DNA from: Octopus sinensis
Lineage: Eukaryota
Direction: 5' to 3'
DNA length: 64,000 nt
NCBI RefSeq assembly: GCF_006345805.1
Contig: NC_042998.1
Coordinates: forward strand, 110,112,001-110,176,000
How positions within the stretch are numbered: the stretch's first letter is position 1; each line of letters starts with the position of its first letter. Under the pieces are notes generated by a model. The model was not told where the DNA came from. It saw only the letters and a list, made by a program, of their open reading frames with translations, and searched no databases. This document shows, in pieces, positions 54,043 to 64,000 of this stretch. A program made the position numbers and the translations under genes.

Positions 54043-55311
54043 TTAGGTTGTCCGGAAAGTTCATGCCGATTTATAGTAGCTTTGCTTTCGACTTATTTTA
54101 GAACATGGTTGAGTCCATAAAATAGGATTTGACTACACCTCTATTTAGAGCACAGTTTACGTTATCTTTTCGTGGAAGAAGGTTTACGTTCCTATAACCT
54201 GTGTAATCGTTTAAAATGGAAGATAAGAAAGTTCATTTTTCGGCACTTGATGCTTTTATTTTTCCGTAAAGGGAAAAACGCCTCACAAGCAACCAAATAA
54301 ATATGTGCAGATTACGGTGATGTTTCTTTATCCGAAAGAAGTGTGTGGAAGTAGTTTGCAAGATTTCGAGCTGGAGATTGTAGCCTTATTGATAAAGAGC
54401 GATCAGGCAGACAATCCACTACAGATGATGACCAAATCAAGTCATTAATTGATAATAGCTCATATTGCACAACCCGAGAATTGGCAGAAAGCCTCAACCT
54501 ATCAAAATCCGTCGTTCATGAGCACCTGGTAAAGTTTGGGCACACAAATCGCCACGATGTTTGGGTACCACATAAGTTGAGTGAGGAGAACCTTTTGGAT
54601 CGCCTTTCCATCTGTGATACGCTTTATAAACGGAATGAAAACGCGCCTTTTTTTAAAGCAGATTGTGACAGACGATGAGAAATGGATTATCTATCGAAAT
54701 GTTCAGAGAAAGTGATCCTGGAGAAAGCGACATGGGCCACCCTTAACCACCCCAAAAGCGAATCTTCACTCTAAAAATGTCTTTGTGTCCGGTGGGATTG
54801 GAAAGAAATTCTGTACCATGAGATTCTACCAAGTAACCAGACAATTAATTCTGAGAAATTCTGCACACAACTGGATGAGTTAAAAGTAGCAAGTAAAGAG
54901 AAATGTCCAGAATCGGCCAACAGGAAGGGTGTTGTTTTCCAACATGATAATGCAAGACCGCACGTTTCTTTTGGGAACCAGACAAAAATTGCTGCAGCCT
55001 GGCTGGGATGTGTTACCCCACCCTCCATATTCACCAGATATTCCTCCTCCGGATTTCTACTTATTCAGGTCTCTGCAGTCTTAATTGTAAAAATTTCAAT
55101 TCCTTGGATGATGTAAAAAGATACCTTGATGAATTCTTTGCCGTGAAACCACCTCAATTATGGAAGAGGGTATTTTCAAGTTAAAGGAAAGATGGAGACG
55201 CATTGTGCAACAAAATGGTTCATATTTGGTTGATTATAAATGTAGTGGCAAGTATTTATTGACCTTTTTTCTTTCCTTTAAGAATTGGCACGAACTTTCC
55301 CGACAACCCAA
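54043..55311 (+). mobile_element. Mariner (DD34D) transposon, full length (~1.27 kb), decayed
   Basis: TIRs TA|TTAGGTTGTCCGGAAAGTTCATGCC and GGCACGAACTTTCCCGACAACCCAA. Confidence 0.92.
54216..55240 (+). pseudogene. Mariner transposase pseudogene
   Basis: MEDKKVHF...RSGRQSTTDDD...WVPHKL...IVTDDEKWIIY...FQHDNARPHV...HPPYSPDIPPPDFYLFRSL...WRRIVQQNGSY, with frameshifts and stops. Confidence 0.9.
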
Positions 55312-55448
55312 CTACTCGTACAATTTAATTTTCAAAATTCATTTGTATTATTACTACCACATTTCCTTCGAAATTTCTCTTACGACAAATGCATTACTCG
55401 TTACTAATAAATATTTCCATTCGTAACTCATATCAAAATTGTAATATT

Positions 55449-55658
55449 CTTTTCTACAAAATGCCCGAGATTTTTAGGGAGAATGCCAGTCGATTAAATC
55501 GACCGCAGTACGAAATTGGTGCTTAATTTATCGACCCCGAAAAGATGAAAGACAAAGTCAACCTCGGCGAAGTTTGAACTCAGAACGTAAGACAGACGAA
55601 ATACCGATAAGAGTTTCGCCCGGCGTGCTAACATTTCTGTCAGCTCTACGCCTTTCGG
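55449..55658 (-). mobile_element. SINE family B, monomeric copy
   Basis: Core homology to the other family B copies. 12-bp TSD AATTGTAATATT at 55437-55448 and 55659-55670. Confidence 0.8.
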
Positions 55659-56425
55659 AATTGTAATATTACCATACCTGGCTGTTTAAAACTTCATACA
55701 TCAATACGTACAAATGTACATAAAAGAATGAATATTATATTTAGTGTATAGAAGTCCAAAATGAATAGATGTTCATTCCGGTGATGAATGAACAATCTGC
55801 AGAAAACATGAGATGAAGGAAACAAAACAAAATTTTAATGCACATAGACAAGAAGATATATACAAATTTTAAATCAAGAAAGTGACTTACGGGACATAGA
55901 AATTCTCTGTGGTTTAAAAACAACTTCCTGCATTTCTCCCACAAAGATTATGTGCATGTGTATTATTTTTACTGACGTACACACACTGGCATACTTACAC
56001 ACACACAGACACCCCACCACACATACTCATGTAGATAGATATATGTATATACATATAAGCATATATATACATAGATATACACATACATATATTCATTCAC
56101 AACCACATGTATGCATGTATACCTAAATGAGGCCGACTAGCAGAATCTTTCGAGAGCCGAAGAGATTGCTTTGTGGTCAAACTTCATGTTCTCTTTGTTG
56201 TGAGTTCAAGTAACAGTGAAGTCCAATTTGCTTTTCCTTTTATCGAACCCTATGCAAGGAGTAGATGTCATGTGTGATGTCCACTCTTCTCTTTTACTCA
56301 CTCTTTTTGTCTGTTGTTTTCTCTGTTCGGGAGTGTTGTGGGCTCTGCCAGGCTTCTAACCATGAACAACACACACCGTCATTACTCCAAAAAGGTTTTG
56401 TGGGCTTTAATAAAGTCACCGCACT

Positions 56426-56441
56426 CTTTCTTTCTTTCTTT

Positions 56442-56523
<82 letters not shown>

Positions 56524-56591
56524 TTTTTTACTTTCTCTCTTCCTTTTTTCTTTCTTTCTTTCCTTCTCTCTCTCTCTTCTCTCTCTCTCTG

Positions 56592-56669
<78 letters not shown>
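56426..56669. repeat. (TTTC)n + (TC)n + (TATC)n compound microsatellite
   Basis: Direct inspection. Confidence 0.95.
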
Positions 56670-57361
56670 ACACCTGTGGGGTGGCAGAAATAGAAACGTT
56701 AGAGAGTCTAAAGAGTTCTTTTCAGTGTTTCCTCAGGCTCTTTAGATTCTGAGTTCAAAAACTGCCAAGAACAACTCTGGTTTTTATCCCTCCTAGGTAC
56801 ATAAATGTGTCGAGTACTGATGTCAATGGTATTCCCCTCAAAAATTGCTGTCCTTGTACCGAGACCGGTAACATTTTTATATCTGTTATGTACTACACCG
56901 AAAACAATATATACAATTATCCCTTAACATATTCTGATACATATAATTATCTATTGACATATACTTGGTCAGCCTTTCTGTGCTTCCATGGCAGAAATAT
57001 AACATTAAGTTTAAGTAGACAAAAGATACCATTTTGGCAAAGATAAAACCTTTCTTTATAATTCATTAGAAAATATTTTCTAGATCATTATTACATATCA
57101 TGTCTTATATATATTACGTTCTAATTCCTAAATATTTTGATGGTTTTCTGTATTATATTTAGGTTTGATATTATTGAGATAGGTAGCGATCGTTCTTGAT
57201 CACATAACACAAAATATACGTGAAATATGACGGCAAAATATATGATATCACACTTGATAAGGCTGTCGAAACGACTGTAGTATGACGATCTCTGTTTTGC
57301 TTTGTTTCTCTCTCTGAACATAAATGCATTTACATATGCATATATATGCATATATATATAT

Positions 57362-57404
<43 letters not shown>

Positions 57405-57709
57405 TATATATATACATATATATACACATGTATATGTATGTTGTATGTATACATTAATATAGAGATGCATTGTTTGCATATTTATATATATATATATATA
57501 TATATGCATACATATGAATATATATATATATATATATATATAGACATATGTATACACATGTATATGTATGCTTGTACGTATACATTAATATGGAGATACA
57601 TATGTATGCATAATTATATATATATGCATACATATGAATATTATATGTGTACGTATATATATATGCAAGTGTGTGCAAGTCTGTGTGTATGAGAGACAGA
57701 GAGAGAAGA

Positions 57710-57743
<34 letters not shown>

Positions 57744-58022
57744 CATATAGACAGAGAGCAAGTATGAATGTGTGTATAACAGTGTGACGAAGGCAATCAA
57801 CATTGAAAGTTCGAAGGTACGGTGAAACTTTTCCTTGTAGAAAGAATCTATTATTCAACCTAAATGTATTGGGAGCGCGTTCAAGAATTGTTATTTTATT
57901 TTTGCTTATGTATAATATTACATAAACATACATTAGTACTCCTCCACATACACATATGTATATCTTTCTATCAATCAATCTATCTATTTATCAATCTACC
58001 TATATATATATATATATAATTG

Positions 58023-58077
<55 letters not shown>

Positions 58078-60136
58078 CATATATACATGTACATATGCAC
58101 ACATATATGTATATACCTATATGCATATATATATATATTATATATATATATACCTGTACATACACACGTCCGTTCGAATATATATATATATTCATGTATG
58201 TGTGTGCGCGCGTGAGTATGTAACAGTACGTAAAGGTGCTTTCAAGCCGTTTTCTTATATCTGTTTTTATCATTCTAATTCCTAAATCAAGTATATAGAA
58301 AGAAATATTTCGACGCTGCGTGTGTTGACGCTCTCTGATGTTTATATTTATACATATACTAATAAACGCAAACAAATTCTTGTGAGCTCTCAGTTACATA
58401 CATGCATGAAGATACAGAATCGCACAGATATTTAAATACCTCTCCTCACACACACACACACAAACATAAAGATTTGAATATTTCTGGAAATCCTTGATAT
58501 AACCTCCGGGTCGATCATAACTGCTTCAATTATGATCTTGTATATAAACAAAACCATATTAATCAAGCAAATCAGCTTTCCAGTGATTATGTTTTTACCT
58601 ATAACTATAACTGTGTTTATGCGGAATTTACTATTTTTGTCATAAATCATAACCACTGAAGCGACTAACATGAAATGAGTTCTCTTAGAAACATCCCTGT
58701 ACACAAGCCTTTAACATTAACGATCGGCATTGTTCAGCAGTGTATGAAGAAAATATTTCCTGTAGGTCGAAACTTCCAAAAATATATGATCATGAACAAG
58801 AATATTCCCTCATTCAACCATATCCTTATGGAATTTTTTTTCATTTTTTACAAAAACATCTTTGTCATATGTGTAACATAAATATGAAGGCAAAGAAAAA
58901 GAACCAGATTTTTCATGGTTTTTCCTGTGAAAACTACAGTTCATTGTATGCTTATCTCGAATTCGAAAGTAGAATAACATGGAAACAGCCATAATATTCT
59001 CTCCAGTTGTAGCCAAACAGTTAATTTTAATTTTATTATAGAAACTCTGCCTACTTTGGTAATTCACATACTATTGAATATTAAATTTTCGTTTAAAATT
59101 TTCGGGTACACTGAATGATGTTGAAGTAATTGTTGCTTGGGGCTTTATTTAAAAACAGTAACATATAAAGCCGTTTGACTCTGCACTAAGTATATATTGG
59201 AAACTTAGTATTTTTGGAAACATCATTAAGTGATAGCTGATAAATGTACATATCATTTCTAAATCTCAAGTACGTGGCTTCTATGTAATATTGCTTCTAT
59301 GTAATGAATAGTGCTATTACTCAGGCGACAGCAACAGAAAACTTGGGTAAAAAAAATTAAAACATAATTCAGTTGATTATCAATGATTCGCTGTAACCAT
59401 TAGCTTACATACGTGTTGTATTTTCTCTCACGTTTTTTGACCATATTACAATGAACTATCAACAAGTTAACCCATTGAATTCTAATACACACATGCACTA
59501 TACTTCCGCATCTTATATACGTTACCTTTATCTCACCATCCCACAAGACAGATCCTAAAATTTCCTTTCTTTCTAGAAATCCATTCTGTCCTAAGATTTT
59601 CTCAGACCTCGATCAACAATTGTTCAATCTGAACATCAACCTCACCGAATTCCCCCGGCTTGGCAAGGACAGATATTATCATTCTATAAACCTTTCTTCA
59701 TTCAGTGTCTTGCAAAGACAAAATAATTTGTTTTTGATTATGAAACTTCTGGGTAAGTAAACTAACTAATAATGATATATTGTTGTTTAGCTCAAAGTCA
59801 ATAATGACAGGACAGACATATGATCAAAGGTTTTCTTTCCAAGATCATGTTTTTTTCTTTCAGGAAAATCATGATCTTGGGAAAATCATGTTTTTGTCTA
59901 AAGTCCTTGAATATAATGTCTAGCCAATTCGCATCTATGTTTCTGTCAGTTTAAATGGTGAAGTTCCTGAAAAGTGAGATGTGGTCATTTTCAAGCACAG
60001 GAGGCGGTTTGTGTTCCCACCGTTAACTAGCCAAAAGGGAATTATACTAGGTTATTGCAAAGTTTTTTTTAGCAGCTCATGACTTTCTTGGAGGGCATTC
60101 AACCAGAGGTTAGGAATTTTATCCTTTCGTTGGGAC

Positions 60137-60995
60137 TTATTATTATCATTATTATATTCTTAAACACACAACAGATTATTGGAAAAGAAAAAGAAAACCT
60201 AACATTGGAAGAACCCTCCGAAGTATGCTTACTGTCACTAATAACACTGCTTTCTGGTGTTGTACTAAACAGGATTTTATGCCTATTTCCTCTATCTATC
60301 TGTGCAGATATTTAGGGATAGTTCCCAATACACCTATAACAACTGGGGTAAATTTTACCTACACTTTCCATAGTCTCTATAATTAAATGGCTAGGTTCCG
60401 GTACTTTGCTATCTTTTCTATACGTCTCATATTCATATTTGTATCATTTGGGACTGTAAAATCAAATATCTGGCACGTTCTATTCTCTTTATTTACTACT
60501 ACTAAATCAGGCCTTCTAGCTTTTATTACTCTGTCGGTCTGAATGTTAATGCCCCACAAAATCTTGTATTTCTTACATTCTAGTACTTTTCTAGGTTCAT
60601 GTTCATGTTCATTCCAGTAGATTACTCTCCCTAGATTGCCATGTCTTTTCTTGTATTTTCTCTGTGCCAGCATGATGCATTTACTTTCTATATGAATAAC
60701 ACTTTCCTCTCTTGATTTGCATAATCCTACACCGGGAATCTACTTGGATTTTGTCTATCTTGGCTTTTATCCAATTAGCTCTTAAAGTTTGATCCTGTGC
60801 AGCTACTAACAAACTTTCTGTCTCACACTCCAGCTTTCTTTTCTGCATCCATATCCATGTCCACTATTACTACTTGCTGCAAATATCTTTGTGAATCTAC
60901 CATGCAACGCCTTCTCCTGCCAATCAGATAATTTCTGTTCTTTTTTCTGGTTTTTAAGTTCGTTTGGTGTTTTGGCTTCCCTATGTCTTGCTGTG
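60137..60995 (-). mobile_element. R4/Dong-type non-LTR retrotransposon 3' fragment (second, divergent family)
   Basis: WQEKALHGRF; AAQDQTLRANWIK; LAQRKYKKRHGNLGRVIYW; KILWGINIQTDRVIKARRPDLVVVNK...IFDFTVP...EKIAKYRNL; QKAVLL. Decayed (TAA)n tail at 60137-60158. Confidence 0.85.
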
Positions 60996-61012
60996 AATAT
61001 ATATATATACAT

Positions 61013-61178
61013 ATACAACAGACTCCCTTCAGTTTCCGTCTACCAAATCCACTCACAAGGTTTTGGTCGGGCTCAGGCTATAATAGAAGACACTTGGCCA
61101 AGGTGCCACACAGTGAGACTGAACTCAGAATCATGTGGTTGGGAGGCAAGCTTCTTACCCCACTGTCACTTCTGCGCT
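61013..61178 (-). mobile_element. SINE family A head
   Basis: Minus strand ...CAGTGGGGTAAGAAGCTTGCCTCCCAACCACATGATTCTGAGTTCAGTCTCACTGTGTGGCACC, with tRNA-like A and B boxes. Confidence 0.75.
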
Positions 61179-61187
61179 ATGTATATA

Positions 61188-61230
<43 letters not shown>

Positions 61231-61244
61231 TATATATGTGTGTG

Positions 61245-61287
<43 letters not shown>

Positions 61288-61702
61288 AACAATATTACTT
61301 CAAATTAATATTTTCAGCTGCTTGGTATTTGATGGAGAAGAAAAATGATACATCTCTCATTTCCATTTTTCTAGTTCTAGTAAAATACATAATACATATT
61401 ATGGTCATATAGAAGCGCAGGTGGATATTTGACCAAGTGACTAAGTATCTATGAGAAAATAACAAGAAGTGGTGTAGATATGTGGGAAAGAACGAAAGTC
61501 TTACTGATCGTATTTGCTACTTGTTGCCAATTATTTATACATTATTTTTGTGGATATGTAAAACCAATAGGCATAAAACGTCCATGAGCATATCTAGATA
61601 GCGTATGTATATATATGTGTGTGTGCCTGTGTAGGTGTGTGCGTGTCTGTTTGTGGGCGCGCTCGTGTGTGTATGTGCGTGTAAATGCGTTTCTGTACAT
61701 AC

Positions 61703-61778
<76 letters not shown>

Positions 61779-61859
61779 ATTTACAAGAAAAAATAGACAA
61801 GCACGGGTATGTAAACAACAAACAGTTGTCTTAGTTTAACGCTCGGGAAGAGAGAAAGT

Positions 61860-61895
61860 CTTTTACGTTTCGAGCCTACGCTCTTCGACAGAAAG
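61860..61895 (-). ncRNA. Variant minimal hammerhead (family H1); second copy at ~62806-62840
   Basis: Minus strand reads CTTT-CTGTCGA-A-GAGC-GTAG-GCTC-GAAA-CG-TA-AAAG. Confidence 0.55.
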
Positions 61896-61999
61896 GAACA
61901 CAGAAATAACAGGGACAGAAAATAGAAAAGATTTAGTGGCTAGCGATCTATCATGGCGAATACCGATACGCATGTATTTATTTTCATGTATATATATAT

Positions 62000-62046
<47 letters not shown>

Positions 62047-62079
62047 GTATCTCTCGCTCTCTCTCTCTCGATATATATA

Positions 62080-62120
<41 letters not shown>

Positions 62121-62435
62121 TGACGAGTTGGTGACCTGTATTTGCTCCCCATTCGTCTGCGCATTTATTATATATATTTTCAACTTAACCTTTTGTATTT
62201 TTCCGTCCGTTTGTTTATTACTATACGTGTTTGACTTCTGAAAATATTATTAGCGTAACGTAACTCACTCCTCAATTATTACCCATATATATATATATAT
62301 CAAATCGTTCGTGCCTCGAATGGGCTGGAGTATTTCTATATTGGATGTATTTGGGGTACTTAGTTGTGTCCGTGACTTAGTATTTGCTTCCTCCATGGGT
62401 ATGAGTAAGTATCTCATTTATTTCTTTTGCCACAT

Positions 62436-62490
62436 GTATCACTGACGAAGAGAGGGTTCTTAGTAGCTAACTCTGAAATCTGTCCGATAT
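62436..62490 (+). ncRNA. Minimal type I hammerhead ribozyme motif
   Basis: GTATCA-CTGACGA-AGAG-[18 nt]-CTCT-GAAA-TCT-GTC^-CGATAT. Canonical core. First stem I pair mismatched (A-C). Confidence 0.65.
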
Positions 62491-62636
62491 GGTAATAATG
62501 GAATGTTTTAGAAATTTCTGTCGACCTTTTTTCGAGTAGCGTGCGTATTGTGAAAAAATTATATGGTTAATGGACAATATGTCCAATTTTTCGGCATATT
62601 TGGCATTAGAATTTTTTTCCTTTGCCCTCATTTATG

Positions 62637-62673
<37 letters not shown>

Positions 62674-63355
62674 GTGTGTGTGTGTGTGTGTGTTGTGTGT
62701 GTGTGTGTGGTGTGTGTGTGTGTTAATTTACAAGAAAAAATAGACAAGCACGGGTATGTAAACAACAAACAGATGTCTTAGTTTAACGCTCGGGAAGAGA
62801 GAAGTCTTTTTACGTTCGAGCCTACGCTCTTCGACAGAAGGAACACAGAAATAAACAGGGACAGAAAATAGAAAAGATTTAGTGGCTAGCGATCTATCAT
62901 GGCGAATACCGATACGCATGTATTTATTTTCATGTATATATATATTATATATATATATATATATATTTATATGTATCTCTCGCTCTCTCTCTCTCGATAT
63001 ATATATATATATATAGATATATATATATATATAATATTCATGACGAGTTGGTGACCTGTATTTGCTCCCCATTCGTCTGCGCATTTATTATATATATTTT
63101 CAACTTAACCTTTTGTATTTTTCCGTCCGTTTGTTTATTACTATACGTGTTTGACTTCTGAAAATATTATTAGCGTAACGTAACTCACTCCTCAATTATT
63201 ACCCATATATATATATATATCAAATCGTTCGTGCCTCGAATGGGCTGGAGTATTTCTATATTGGATGTATTTGGGGTACTTAGTTGTGTCCGTGACTTAG
63301 TATTTGCTTCCTCCATGGGTATGAGTAAGTATCTCATTTATTTCTTTTGCCACAT

Positions 63356-63410
63356 GTATCACTGACGAAGAGAGGGTTCTTAGTAGCTAACTCTGAAATC
63401 TGTCCGATAT
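63356..63410 (+). ncRNA. Minimal type I hammerhead ribozyme motif (duplicate copy)
   Basis: Identical to 62436-62490. Confidence 0.65.
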
Positions 63411-63556
63411 GGTAATAATGGAATGTTTTAGAAATTTCTGTCGACCTTTTTTCGAGTAGCGTGCGTATTGTGAAAAAATTATATGGTTAATGGACAATAT
63501 GTCCAATTTTTCGGCATATTTGGCATTAGAATTTTTTTCCTTTGCCCTCATTTATG

Positions 63557-63643
<87 letters not shown>

Positions 63644-64000
63644 TGTGTGTGTGTTTGTGCGTGCGTGCGTGTGCTTGTGTATGAATATGTATATACTTTT
63701 GATAAATATCTAAATCTTCTGTGACCATATATGACGTCAATATGACTTTTATAGAAAATGCATGAAGAAACTATGTTCATGTCAGGTCACTGGCGGAAAT
63801 TCAACTATTGCCAAATAACTGGACTATATGACATTATAAATTCTTTGGCGGAGATGTATATCTTGTAGCAAAATTACTGAAGGATGTATGATCGTAGTTA
63901 ATTACTGGCAGAGATATGTGTCACATACTCAAGAACATTTATGACCCTATCTAATATCTGTACATGTCCTATTGACAAAAATATAAATAAAATGAAAAAA

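Larger units (their letters stand above)
61774..63660. repeat. ~920-bp near-identical tandem duplication (two units) bounded by (TG)n
   Basis: ACTGACGAAG at 62441 and 63361. Unique segments are nearly identical. Differences are mostly homopolymer or microsatellite lengths. Confidence 0.9.

Noticed and set aside
59833-59885. Short inverted repeat TTTCCAAGATCATG / CATGATCTTGGGAAA
   Set aside because: About 14-bp arms in AT-rich DNA with no other supporting feature.

Overview
AT-rich eukaryotic non-coding DNA (intergenic or intronic), saturated with (TA)n, (CA)n, (TATG)n and (TATC)n microsatellites. The microsatellite landscape and tRNA-derived SINE families resemble an Octopus-type cephalopod genome (inference from repeat recognition). 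I found no intact host protein-coding gene, and almost all ORFs in the track are microsatellite translations. Recognisable content: decayed mariner (x2) and Tc1 transposons, two R4/Dong-type LINE 3' fragments with (TAA)n tails, a Penelope-like GIY-YIG remnant, non-autonomous Helitrons, several SINE families and long fold-back hairpins. The most notable signal is about a dozen minimal type I hammerhead-ribozyme (HHR) motifs in short elements embedded in microsatellites. These include an exact 400-bp tandem array with one canonical HHR per unit (36951-37863), the architecture of a retrozyme-like element that could release a 400-nt circular RNA. All calls were made by eye; no database search or folding calculation was run.
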